From an uncultured virus (IMG/VR IMGVR_UViG_3300031087_000494) (taxonomy: Duplodnaviria; Heunggongvirae; Uroviricota; Caudoviricetes): a stretch of DNA of 64,000 nucleotides. The stretch lies in IMG/VR virus record IMGVR_UViG_3300031087_000494; one strand, written 5' to 3'. Numbering within the stretch: the first letter of the stretch is position 1; every line of letters begins with the position of its first letter. Made by a program: the position numbers and the translations under genes. Under the pieces are notes generated by a model. That model did not search any database, had not been told where the DNA came from, and was given only the letters and a program-made list of their open reading frames with translations. Below are positions 1 through 8,788 of this stretch, piece by piece.

Positions 1-447
1 ATGGCAAACTCATGGATCCACGCGGTGGCTACTTCCCGCCACTTCAAGGCAGGCAAGCCAGAGGACTTCATTGACATCCATCAGTGGATCGACTCTTTCA
101 AGCAGTCCGTGGCAGATGTGCGCCACCGCGCTTTCCTCCACAACAGCCAGGGCCCCTTCATGGCTCAGGATGTCTTCGGCTTCGTAAGGACCGTGGAGAA
201 GTGGCCGCTGGGTTCCGGCAAGATGATCGAGATTCCTGTCCGCGAGATCGCCGAATCCCACATCATCGAGGACCTCGGCTGGATTCCCTCACCCGCGGAC
301 TGGGCTTCCTGTATGGAGTGCCAGGTCTGGATGGGAGGCAAGAGGAACAAGTTCATCGGCCGGGAAGAACTCCTCGATGCCAAGGTGGAAGTGCTCAATC
401 CGACTCGCAGCCCCAGCGGTCCCACCAACGGTGGATCACCGGCATAG
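1..447 (+). CDS. DUF6915-like phage protein
   Basis: HAVATSRHF..PEDFIDIHQWID..D.RHRAFLHN..G..VREIAESHIIEDLG.IPS..DW pattern resembles DUF6915. Confidence 0.65.
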   Translation: MANSWIHAVATSRHFKAGKPEDFIDIHQWIDSFKQSVADVRHRAFLHNSQGPFMAQDVFGFVRTVEKWPLGSGKMIEIPVREIAESHIIEDLGWIPSPADWASCMECQVWMGGKRNKFIGREELLDAKVEVLNPTRSPSGPTNGGSPA

Positions 448-450
448 ATC

Positions 451-1098
451 ATGCCTAAAGACACCTTCCCATCTTACATCTACGGGCTGACTGATCCCCG
501 GACCGGAGATGTGCGCTACATAGGAAAGACGAGAAGGCAAACAAGACACTCGGTGAGGTATCGCTACAGAAGCCATCTTGTTGACGCCCAACAGAATCCT
601 AAACTCACTCACAAGACTCGCTGGATCAGTCAACTTCTAGATCTCGGGCTTGAGCCAGGAGTAGTCGTTCTTGACGAAGTTCTGTGTACTCCAGAAGAGC
701 TGTCTGCTCTCGAAATCAGTCGCATTGCTGAGTACAGAGCACTAGGATTTGACCTGACCAACACTACGGATGGTGGAGACGGTGGTAGGGGTAGGCTCTC
801 AGAGGGCCAGAAAGCCATTCAGGTAGCTCGACTTGTAGCTGCTAATACTGGAAGAAAGCGCAGCGAGAAGGCTCGTGAGAACATGCGAAGGGCTCAATCC
901 TTAAGAGACCCCGAAGAGCGCAAGTTGAGTCAGAAGAAAGCCTCAGATGCGGCCAAAGCGAAAGGCATATCTGAAGCTGGTAGGCAACGCATTTCAGAGT
1001 CGAGCCGAAGGCCAAAATCGGAAGAAACAAGAGCTCGAATGAGAGCCGCCCAGCGTCGTAGATGGGTTAAAAACAGAGAGGATGAAACAGATGTATGA
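451..1098 (+). mobile_element. Free-standing GIY-YIG homing endonuclease with NUMOD3-like repeats
   Basis: YIYGLTDPRTGDVRYIGKT, LTNTTDGGDG, KRSEKARENMRRAQ / PKSEETRARMRAAQ; visibly more A/T-ending codons than flanking genes. Confidence 0.85.
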
Positions 1099-1588
1099 GA
1101 TGAAGGCCAATGACAACGACTTCAAGATCAAGGGCCGCACAATTGAGGGGGATGTTACTCGCTCGGGCCATCGAGATACTCGACCACCCGCAACAGCTAC
1201 TCAGTTCGTGGAGGCCACGGACGCTATCCTCAGCGTCCCCGGTGTTCACGCCGTGCGCTGGACTCAGTATACTCCTTCTTGGAATGACGGAGAACCTTGC
1301 GAGTTTTCGGTTCACGAGATCATGGTGCGCCTCACTCCCCTGGAGGACGAGAGCGACGAGCGCGGTGACTACGAGGATGGCTTCATCGACAGCTGGAGCC
1401 TGAGCTACGCCTGGGACCGCAAGGAGCTCACCGAGCTCACCGAGGACACCTACGAGGCACTCAAGAAGGCCCTGAAGGACTGGGAAGGCCTCTACAGCGA
1501 CGAGGTCTGTAAGCAAAACTTCGGCGATCACGCTCGGATCACCGCCACCATCGAGGGCTTCTCGGTGGACTACTACGAGCACGACTGA
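1082..1588 (+). CDS. Conserved phage hypothetical protein (WTQYTP.WNDGEPC.F motif)
   Basis: Genome-typical codon usage; motif recalled from large-phage proteins. Confidence 0.7.
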   Translation: MKQMYEMKANDNDFKIKGRTIEGDVTRSGHRDTRPPATATQFVEATDAILSVPGVHAVRWTQYTPSWNDGEPCEFSVHEIMVRLTPLEDESDERGDYEDGFIDSWSLSYAWDRKELTELTEDTYEALKKALKDWEGLYSDEVCKQNFGDHARITATIEGFSVDYYEHD

Positions 1589-1640
1589 TCCCCACTTCAG
1601 GCAGTCCGCCGGCAGGCAGGGCTGTCCGGCCACTCGGTCA

Positions 1641-1648
1641 TTAGATAG
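1641..1648 (+). promoter_or_regulatory. TTAGA motif (putative phage-specific/late promoter element); further copies at 10748, 11934, 13166, 14758, 40643, 46225, 59911
   Basis: TTAGA 38-52 nt upstream of all eight HCCH-tag genes. Confidence 0.7.
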
Positions 1649-1686
1649 GCTCCTCTGAATCGATTTTCGAGAATGAGGAGCCTATC

Positions 1687-2454
1687 GTGGCATCAGGACA
1701 GATCCATGTGAATCCAGAGACGGGAGAGCCCGGTAAGTGCAGGGCCAACATCGCCTGCCCCTACGGCAAGGACGCTCCCCACTTTGAGCATGAGCGCGAT
1801 GCTCGACTCTACTTCGAGATCAAGATGGAGGATGGCGAAGAAGCCGGACGCAAGGTCTTCCGAGTCGTGGACGCTGGCCGGGCCTACCGTCGCGCGGAGG
1901 AGAAGATCGTCACTGCCGAGTACCAGAAGTCCCAGGGCAAGGACATGGATAACACCATCGCTGAACTCGAAAAGAAGCGAGATGATGCCCAGGCTGCCCT
2001 GGAGGCAGAGGGCCTCCGCCCTGAGCAAGTCGTGGATGGAGCAAAGGGCAAGCTCAAGGCTCTTAAGGATATCCGCAAGCTCGTCACTGAGGGGAAGCCA
2101 GCCTCAGAGAGCTACCTCGACCGTAAGGAAGATACCTGGAAGCAGCGCCTCGACAAGATCAACAGCACGGTCGACTCTTCAGACAGGGAAGCTCGAGCCC
2201 GGGCGCTCTTCAATCTCAAGCTCAGCATCATTCGAGAGCTTCCCACGAAGCGGATCTTGGAGCATGAGGGCATGAGCCGGGCTCTTGACAAGGACTTCCT
2301 TGCGGGTCGCGGTCAGCGTATCGCTCAGGCTATCCCCGGAATCGGCGAGGCGGCCGATAACCGAAAGGGCGCATCCGTAGACCCTGGAAAGCTCGGTGAG
2401 TTCAACCGGTCCGCTCTGGATCGCGCCGCTAGGTTCATCAGCAGTCTGAACTGA
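1687..2454 (+). CDS. HCCH-tag protein, helical/coiled-coil body of unknown function
   Basis: GAGGAG RBS, GTG start; N-term QIH-x10-C-x5-C-PYG-x4-HF. Confidence 0.8.
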   Translation: MASGQIHVNPETGEPGKCRANIACPYGKDAPHFEHERDARLYFEIKMEDGEEAGRKVFRVVDAGRAYRRAEEKIVTAEYQKSQGKDMDNTIAELEKKRDDAQAALEAEGLRPEQVVDGAKGKLKALKDIRKLVTEGKPASESYLDRKEDTWKQRLDKINSTVDSSDREARARALFNLKLSIIRELPTKRILEHEGMSRALDKDFLAGRGQRIAQAIPGIGEAADNRKGASVDPGKLGEFNRSALDRAARFISSLN

Positions 2455-2468
2455 ATTTCTCTACCCGG

Positions 2469-2497
2469 TTGACTCCCCGGGGATGAGGTTGTAGCAT
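2469..2497 (+). promoter_or_regulatory. SigA-type promoter
   Basis: TTGACT-17nt-TAGCAT. Confidence 0.7.
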
Positions 2498-2617
2498 TGC
2501 TCCTGCGGGAACACTGCGAAGGCCCATCCCCGGGGGAGCTTCTTTTGGGGATCGGTGAGCTTTCGACAGGCTGACCGCAGACCGTTCCGAGCTTCGAGCT
2601 CCAGAGAAGAGACCACC

Positions 2618-3184
2618 ATGAAGATCCCCTTCCTCAAGAACTTCCGGCGAGGCTTCGCCACCAACAGTTCCTCGAGCCACTCCTTCGTCTACATGAAGGA
2701 AGAGCAGGGCCTCGGCGACGAGACTCCCTCGACCTACATCGACAACGAGTTCGGCTGGAACGACTTCCGGCTCGACACCATCCGGGAGAAGCTCTTCTAT
2801 GTGCTCGTCGGCCGCATCGGCGGCGGCTGGGGCTCGGACCAGAGCACCGCCGAGGAGGACTTCGAGGAGCTCGGAGACCAGTTCCCCGAGCTCACCGAGC
2901 GGGACTTCGCTGCGGCCAAGCACGGCTACATCGACCACGAGTCCGTGGGCACCATCAGCGAGTCCGAGGCCCGGGATCCCCATGTGGTGGTCTTCGGCGG
3001 CAACGACAACGACGGTGACTCCCAGGAGCGCGTTGCTGCCATCCGGGCCGGTGAGATCGACTGGTCCAAGACCAAGATGGATGTGGATGACCTCGAGCAC
3101 CTCCGCATGGACGACGAGGACGGCCAGAAGGCCGCCCGGGAGTTCCTCAAGGAGAACCCCTGGGCTAAGCACTACCTCGGCTGA
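2618..3184 (+). CDS. Hypothetical phage protein (R.GFATNSSSSHS motif)
   Basis: Strong codon bias from ATG 2618; N-terminal NSSS motif typical of large-phage proteins. Confidence 0.75.
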   Translation: MKIPFLKNFRRGFATNSSSSHSFVYMKEEQGLGDETPSTYIDNEFGWNDFRLDTIREKLFYVLVGRIGGGWGSDQSTAEEDFEELGDQFPELTERDFAAAKHGYIDHESVGTISESEARDPHVVVFGGNDNDGDSQERVAAIRAGEIDWSKTKMDVDDLEHLRMDDEDGQKAAREFLKENPWAKHYLG

Positions 3185-3260
3185 TCCTGAGAACGGACTT
3201 CGAGTGGGCAGAATGGGCTCATTCTGAGGGGAGCCTGAGGGCTTAGAGCGCAGCCTGAGC

Positions 3261-3307
3261 GCGGGCGCTAGAGCGACACTATAGCCGATGCTCTAGCGCC
3301 CGTTTCT
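3261..3307 (+). terminator. Intrinsic terminator-like hairpin
   Basis: GCGGGCGCTAGAGC..GCTCTAGCGCCCGT followed by TTCT. Confidence 0.55.
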
Positions 3308-3391
3308 GCGTAGTGAGATGGTACTTTCTCAGGATAGGGCGGAGCTCATACACGATGCGCCAGAGGTCCTTTCGAGCGAAAAGTTGCGCCA

Positions 3392-3420
3392 TTGACGGGC
3401 TCTCTTCTACGGTGTATGGT
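3392..3420 (+). promoter_or_regulatory. SigA-type promoter, leaderless transcript
   Basis: TTGACG-17nt-TATGGT, ATG 6 nt downstream. Confidence 0.75.
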
Positions 3421-3426
3421 TGCTCC

Positions 3427-3498
3427 ATGGACACCATTTCCGAAGCTGACAGCAAGCTCGCTGCGGCCGCCGTCTTCCTAGCCGAAGGGAGCCTCTGA
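3427..3498 (+). CDS. Leaderless 23-aa uORF (MDTISEADSKLAAAAVFLAEGSL)
   Basis: ATG at predicted TSS; stop 1 nt before ATG 3500. Confidence 0.55.
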   Translation: MDTISEADSKLAAAAVFLAEGSL

Positions 3499-3499
3499 G

Positions 3500-4594
3500 A
3501 TGTACCTCCTTGAGAAGATCGCACCCGCTCCCAGGCCGAAGGCCGCCCGTCAGCTCAGCCCCCGTGAGCTCAAGCAGCTGGAGTTCCAGCAGAAGCTGTC
3601 CCTGCTCATCGAAGGTCGAGACCCAGCGGCCGATGCCTCCCTGGGGCTCAATTGGCGAGCTGAAGGCTTCCTCCGGGAGCTCAAGGGGAAGACCGTGGGG
3701 CTACCCTACGCGAACCACTACTACGGAAAGCCCGTGGACGGCCAGATGAAGCTCGACATGGCTCGGGCCATGGTGCTCGGCGAGCGCCGCTTCGTGTACT
3801 TCGACCGGCTCGCCCTGCGAGTCATCGAGAAGATCATCAACCGGGACAACACAGCTCCCAGGGTCTACTTCGAGGACAAGAGGCTCATCGACTGGCGATA
3901 CTTCAGCGAGAGCTACCTGGTTCCCTTCGGCAAAGCCGCCGATGTGATGATCCCCGAATCCACGGACACGCCTGAGCCCCTTCACTTCACTTTTCACGGC
4001 CAGAAGCCCATCCACATGACCCTGGAGATCACTTCGGCGGGCCAGGTCGCCATGTTTCAGCTCAGGAAGGGCTCGGCCTGGCGAAAGTACGCCGTGAGGC
4101 TCCGCGATGAGCTCAACGATGCGCTCAAGGACTACCGCCGCCGGGCTGGCTGGGTCCGAGAGTATCAGAATGCTCCAGTACGGCCGGGGCTCGACGCCGA
4201 ACAGCTCAAGGCCGTGAAGGTCGCTCTTGACCCCTTCTACTCGGTCAAGAGGGACTTCCACGAGCTCGCTCGGGGTAAGTTCTTCGAGGGCTCCCACATG
4301 GACCTCGGCGTGAAGTCTCGAGCCTACGCGATTCGCTGCAACAGCTGCCACTTTCCTCTCGGCCTCGAGATCGTCTCCGACTACAGCTTCCAGCAGAATG
4401 TGAGCTGGGACTCCAGCTCAATCACTCGGGAGCGCATCGAGGAGCGCAGGGTCAACCAGATCATCGGCAACTTCCACCGGGAGACGGGTTGCAGCCATGA
4501 GCTCGGCACCAGCGGCCGCACGGGATCGACTGTGGCTCCGGAGCGCAGCCCCGCCATCAACCCTCGCTCTCGTCACATCGCTCGCACTATCTAG
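3500..4594 (+). CDS. Paralog family A member 1, C-terminal CxxC..HxxxxC putative Zn site
   Basis: Shares YGK..K.D.ARA, ELN..DY.RR..W.REYQ.AP..PG, Y..RC..C and FHRE..C motifs with 4718 and 5839. Confidence 0.8.
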   Translation: MYLLEKIAPAPRPKAARQLSPRELKQLEFQQKLSLLIEGRDPAADASLGLNWRAEGFLRELKGKTVGLPYANHYYGKPVDGQMKLDMARAMVLGERRFVYFDRLALRVIEKIINRDNTAPRVYFEDKRLIDWRYFSESYLVPFGKAADVMIPESTDTPEPLHFTFHGQKPIHMTLEITSAGQVAMFQLRKGSAWRKYAVRLRDELNDALKDYRRRAGWVREYQNAPVRPGLDAEQLKAVKVALDPFYSVKRDFHELARGKFFEGSHMDLGVKSRAYAIRCNSCHFPLGLEIVSDYSFQQNVSWDSSSITRERIEERRVNQIIGNFHRETGCSHELGTSGRTGSTVAPERSPAINPRSRHIARTI

Positions 4595-4618
4595 CCGGGC
4601 GAAGCCGCCGGAGAGCTG

Positions 4619-4647
4619 TTGACAGGGCTGCACAAAGAGTATAGGAT
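4619..4647 (+). promoter_or_regulatory. SigA-type promoter, leaderless transcript
   Basis: TTGACA-17nt-TAGGAT, ATG 6 nt downstream. Confidence 0.8.
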
Positions 4648-4653
4648 CGACCC

Positions 4654-4716
4654 ATGATCTCCTTTCCCTCCCTCAGCGAATCTAGCTTCGCTGCAGCCAC
4701 CCTGAGGAAGAGCTGA
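4654..4716 (+). CDS. Leaderless 20-aa uORF (MISFPSLSESSFAAATLRKS)
   Basis: ATG at predicted TSS; stop 1 nt before ATG 4718. Confidence 0.55.
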   Translation: MISFPSLSESSFAAATLRKS

Positions 4717-4717
4717 C

Positions 4718-5839
4718 ATGTACCTACTTCGCAATCTCACCGAGAGGGAACGCATCTCTCAGGAGGTGGCCGAGCTCAAGATCCTGAGCGCACAGGCGCT
4801 CAAGGAAGCCACCGAGATGGCGGCGGCCCAGGAGAGGATCCAGGAAGAGGCGAAGCTTCGGCGCATGGATCACGGCTACGCGGACGGCAACGATCTTTCA
4901 GCTGCGGTCAAGGTCATGCGAGACGAGCTCCTCAGTGGCAGTGGGCGCTTCTACGCTGAGAACTTCTACGGAAAGGAGCTCAGCGCTGAACAGAAGCACG
5001 ATGTGGCCCGAGCCGTTTTGCTCACGCGGAGCTCCTGGTTCCCTGGTAGTCCTCTTGATCCCATCGCCAAGAGGCTCACTCGCCACACGCTTCTCAACTG
5101 CCCCGGCTTGAGCGGCAAGTGGACCGCCTTCGATGTGGACAGCCGGGCCAATGTGGACATCGACACGATCTTCAATCGCTCAGAGCACTTCGGTACGAAC
5201 AGCAACAGAAGCGTCGGCGACAGGACCTTTGAAGTCCATCCCGTGACCGTTCGGACCGAGAAGGGGCTGATCACCATCGACCTCCTCGTGGAACGCAGCA
5301 ACAAGAGCTTCCACTGGGCGCTCCGAGGCAAGTCCAAGCTCAGCAGCCGTGCGCGAAGGCTGGTCGGTGAGCTCAACTCCATCGCCGAAGACCAGGACCG
5401 GCGCACACAGTGGTTCAAGGACTACGAGGCCGCAGAGCCCCTCCCCGGGCTCAGCGCTGCCCAGCAGGAAGAGCTCCTCGCCGAGTTCGGCCTCTGGAAT
5501 GAGAGCATGCCGAAGACCCTCCCCGGAGCTCGCCCCGGCGTGCATCTCGAGGAGTGGTTCGCAAACAAGTCGGGCACTCAGGTCTATCCCGTGCGCTGCG
5601 AGCTCTGCTCCCGGGTAGCTGCCTACGAGATCGTTTACTGCGTCGGAGAGCTCATTCCCCAGTCGGAATTTCGGAAGGCGAAGTCCAAGCACATTCACCA
5701 CCGGGAGGATGTTGAACACAGCGTCAACAGCATGCTCAAGAGATTCCACCGGGAGGCCAACTGCTACTCGGTTCACGGTACGAGCTTCCGGACCGGCGAG
5801 CTCGTCTGCACCGACGATCTCGGAAGGCTGGTGAACTGA
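4718..5839 (+). CDS. Paralog family A member 2
   Basis: Motifs shared with 3500 and 5839. Confidence 0.8.
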   Translation: MYLLRNLTERERISQEVAELKILSAQALKEATEMAAAQERIQEEAKLRRMDHGYADGNDLSAAVKVMRDELLSGSGRFYAENFYGKELSAEQKHDVARAVLLTRSSWFPGSPLDPIAKRLTRHTLLNCPGLSGKWTAFDVDSRANVDIDTIFNRSEHFGTNSNRSVGDRTFEVHPVTVRTEKGLITIDLLVERSNKSFHWALRGKSKLSSRARRLVGELNSIAEDQDRRTQWFKDYEAAEPLPGLSAAQQEELLAEFGLWNESMPKTLPGARPGVHLEEWFANKSGTQVYPVRCELCSRVAAYEIVYCVGELIPQSEFRKAKSKHIHHREDVEHSVNSMLKRFHREANCYSVHGTSFRTGELVCTDDLGRLVN

Positions 5840-7029
5840 TGTACTTCCTCGAGATCGCTGAGATTCCCGTGAAGCCCAAGGGTAGAGTCAAGCCCCTGTC
5901 GAGGAGCTACTCGAGCCCTAAAGGCGCCTACATGCTAGATCGGTGGACAGATGATCTCGAGTTCAAGTATGCCAAGCAGCGAGCCGCAGAGGCCCGTCGA
6001 AAGCGTGAGCTCGAGATCCAGAGGACCGTGGAGGGGCTCCAAGAGGAGAAGTTCCAGTCCCTGGACCACGGCTACAGCTCTAGCAACCCTCTTTCTCCTC
6101 GCATCAAGGGTCTGATCTCCGAGCTCAAGGGCGATGTGAAGGGTAGCTATCGGATGCGCGTCCGTCACTTCTATGGAAAAAATGTGCCGGCAGAGCTGAA
6201 GGTAGATGTGGCTCGAGCAATGATCCTCTCTGAGTCAGAGTCGGGGCTCTTCGACGAGATCTCAGCCAACCTCACCGAGGATGTGCTCAAGGACTTCACC
6301 GACTGGGACTCCGTGCTCTTTTCGATCTCAACCCGGGGAGGCTACTTCACCTGGGATCAGCTCACCAACGACCCCCTCAGCGACTACTTCAGGCCTGGTC
6401 GAGAGTTCTACTCCGATGAGGAAGATCCGACCCGGCGGGACCACGCGATCCTCGAGCTCAAGCTCAAGACCGGCTCAGTGAAGCTCCTCCTCAAGATCGC
6501 TCCGGATGGCAAGGGATTGAGCTGGAGGCTTCGAGGCGGCTCAAAGCTCAAGGCTACCCACAAGAAGCTCGTGGCAGATCTCAACGAGGTGCTCGCAGAC
6601 TACAGAAACCGCCTCGACTGGGTCCGAGAGTACCAGGAAGCTCCCTTCCTGCCGGGCTACATTCCCTCGGATGTTGAGCGAGTGGGTGAGTCCATCAAGC
6701 ACTTCTACACTCAGCAGGTCCCTGAGCTCAACTTCCTGAAGTCTGGCGTCTACCTCGACGACCAGTTCACGGTCATGGAAGATGGGCGCTCTCGGATCTA
6801 TCCTGTCCGCTGCCTGAGTTGCCAGAGGACGGTGGCTCTCGAGTGCCTCAGCGATCTGCGCGGGGAGGGCAAGTGGTCGGGCTCCGGCGTGAAGGACGGG
6901 CTTCACATCAGTACCATCGTTCCCAAGCCCGCTCGCGTAATCCTCCGAGAGCTTCACAGGGCTAGCGGCTGCGAGGACAGTGAGGCCCTCAGTGTCCGCA
7001 CTGGAAAGCTCGTCGACCTCATCGGATAG
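5839..7029 (+). CDS. Paralog family A member 3
   Basis: TGATG overlap with member 2; shared motifs. Confidence 0.8.
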   Translation: MYFLEIAEIPVKPKGRVKPLSRSYSSPKGAYMLDRWTDDLEFKYAKQRAAEARRKRELEIQRTVEGLQEEKFQSLDHGYSSSNPLSPRIKGLISELKGDVKGSYRMRVRHFYGKNVPAELKVDVARAMILSESESGLFDEISANLTEDVLKDFTDWDSVLFSISTRGGYFTWDQLTNDPLSDYFRPGREFYSDEEDPTRRDHAILELKLKTGSVKLLLKIAPDGKGLSWRLRGGSKLKATHKKLVADLNEVLADYRNRLDWVREYQEAPFLPGYIPSDVERVGESIKHFYTQQVPELNFLKSGVYLDDQFTVMEDGRSRIYPVRCLSCQRTVALECLSDLRGEGKWSGSGVKDGLHISTIVPKPARVILRELHRASGCEDSEALSVRTGKLVDLIG

Positions 7030-7106
7030 GGCATCAGCCTGGCCGGTTCGGCGATATCTGGGATCGAAATTGTTTTAGCTACAACGATCCTGGAGATCCC
7101 CGAACC

Positions 7107-8072
7107 ATGAAGAACAAGCTAGGATCGAAGTCGACAGTCCTACTGAGCGCTGCGCTCGTGGCTGCCCTCGGTGCCCCCATCGCAGGCAGCGCAGCGGGCC
7201 TTGCCAACAGCCCGATCCATGTGCGGGCCCTGAACGACGCTGACAAGAGCTTCTCAGCCATCAAGCCGGGACTGAAGTCTGCAGATCCGACAGGCTCTCC
7301 CAGCAGCTCTTCCTCGCCTTCACCGACGAGCCCTCCAGTCAGTGCTCAGCCGAATCCAGCATCTGATTTCACCTGGACAACTACTGCTACTGCTGCTACC
7401 ATCACTGGCTACATTGGAACTGCCAAGGATGTAGTTCTTCCTGAGAGCTACAGATACAATGGTGTAGATCTTCCCGTAACGACAATCGGATCCCAGGCTT
7501 TCAAGGGCACTCCTATCGAGTCCGTCGTGCTGCCGAGGAGCATGACTAGAGTGTCCGCTAACTCGTTCATGAGTGCTTCTTCGTTGAAATCTGTATCGAT
7601 TCCAGACACGATTACCTCGATCGCATCCTATGCTTTCTACGGGACAAGGCTCGAATCGCTCGATCTTCCAGATTCCGTAACAACGATTGGAACCTATGCA
7701 TTTAGCGGTGTCAATATTGGCTCGCTAAAGCTCCCAGAGGGCGTAAACAATGTCGGAGTCTACGCCTTCTATAAGAGTGGAATCACCGAGCTTAAGTTGC
7801 CTAGTAGCCTCAAAACTCTAAACATTCAGAGCTTCGGTAACAATCCTCTCACAACTGTAACAGTACCCAGCACAGTCACATCCATTGGAGACAGAACATT
7901 TGACGGTCCTTCACTCCAGTCCGTCTACATGGAGGGAAACGCTCCCACTACATTCACCTCTGCAGGTACGAGTGGAAGCTTCGGCGTGGCTAGCGGAAAG
8001 ACTGTCTACTACAGGCCCGGCGCTACTGGCTACACAGCAACCTGGAAGGGCTACAAGACCGCGACCTACTGA
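7107..8072 (+). CDS. Secreted/surface BspA-type leucine-rich-repeat (LRR_5) protein
   Basis: Signal-peptide-like N-terminus, Ser/Pro linker, repeats of L.S..LPDSVTTIG.YAF. Confidence 0.85.
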   Translation: MKNKLGSKSTVLLSAALVAALGAPIAGSAAGLANSPIHVRALNDADKSFSAIKPGLKSADPTGSPSSSSSPSPTSPPVSAQPNPASDFTWTTTATAATITGYIGTAKDVVLPESYRYNGVDLPVTTIGSQAFKGTPIESVVLPRSMTRVSANSFMSASSLKSVSIPDTITSIASYAFYGTRLESLDLPDSVTTIGTYAFSGVNIGSLKLPEGVNNVGVYAFYKSGITELKLPSSLKTLNIQSFGNNPLTTVTVPSTVTSIGDRTFDGPSLQSVYMEGNAPTTFTSAGTSGSFGVASGKTVYYRPGATGYTATWKGYKTATY

Positions 8073-8103
8073 GATCGAGTCCGACAGCTGTGGCAACAGG
8101 GCG

Positions 8104-8658
8104 TCACTTGATCGTGGGGTCGGGCATGAGGAACTCCTCCGGGAGCTCGTCGAGCCTTAGTGCCTCTTCGAGCTCCCGGGCTCGATCCTCGGTCCACACA
8201 TAGGCGAGCTCACTGCGGAGCGGGCCGAAGTGCTTCAGGTAGAGCTCCGGAGCCTTCCGGACCAGGTTGTCCCGGTGGGTGAGCCGAAGCACTTCGCTGT
8301 CAAGGAACCAAGGGCGAGGCACATCGCTGTGGCTCACAGGTGAGCTCAGAGTATCCCAGGCCCGACTTGCTGGAAGGTCCCGGGCGAGATTGTCCAGGGT
8401 CTTCTCCCAGCAGCTGTCCTTAAAGCCCCGCACGATGATCCACTCGTGGCAGATCGCCTGCTGGTAGAGCACGAGCCAGGCCAGGTGGCCATGCCACATG
8501 CGGGCAGCTGGATGGGCCTTCCAGCCGCCTCGAAGTCCCCCGTTGTCCACGAGGGCCATGGCGATTTGCAGGTTCTCGATGCGCTGCTTGCCGAGGCGCC
8601 TGTTGTCGAGGACTGCTGCGGATGCCTCGAAGCTCTGGTAGGGCATGAATGTCTGCAA
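8104..8658 (-). CDS. MSMEG_6728 / pyrimidine-dimer DNA glycosylase-like protein
   Basis: MQTFMPY..F..SA..LD.RRLGKQR.E..Q, HPAA.MW.GH, HR.NL.RK.P..Y. Confidence 0.85.
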   Translation of the reverse strand: MQTFMPYQSFEASAAVLDNRRLGKQRIENLQIAMALVDNGGLRGGWKAHPAARMWHGHLAWLVLYQQAICHEWIIVRGFKDSCWEKTLDNLARDLPASRAWDTLSSPVSHSDVPRPWFLDSEVLRLTHRDNLVRKAPELYLKHFGPLRSELAYVWTEDRARELEEALRLDELPEEFLMPDPTIK

Positions 8659-8788
8659 AGCTGCCTCCAGGTCTGTCGGCTAGAGTTTCGGTGATCCTAT
8701 GGTGACAAGTTCGTAGCTTCGGTGAACCCAGTAGGAGCGCTCTTTGGCCACGGTGACAGACCTGCTTTCATGGTGTATGGTTAGACCC

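Noticed and set aside
451..1098. Group I intron around the GIY-YIG gene
   Set aside because: The ORF abuts both neighbours, leaving no room for a ribozyme core, and the flanking genes look complete.
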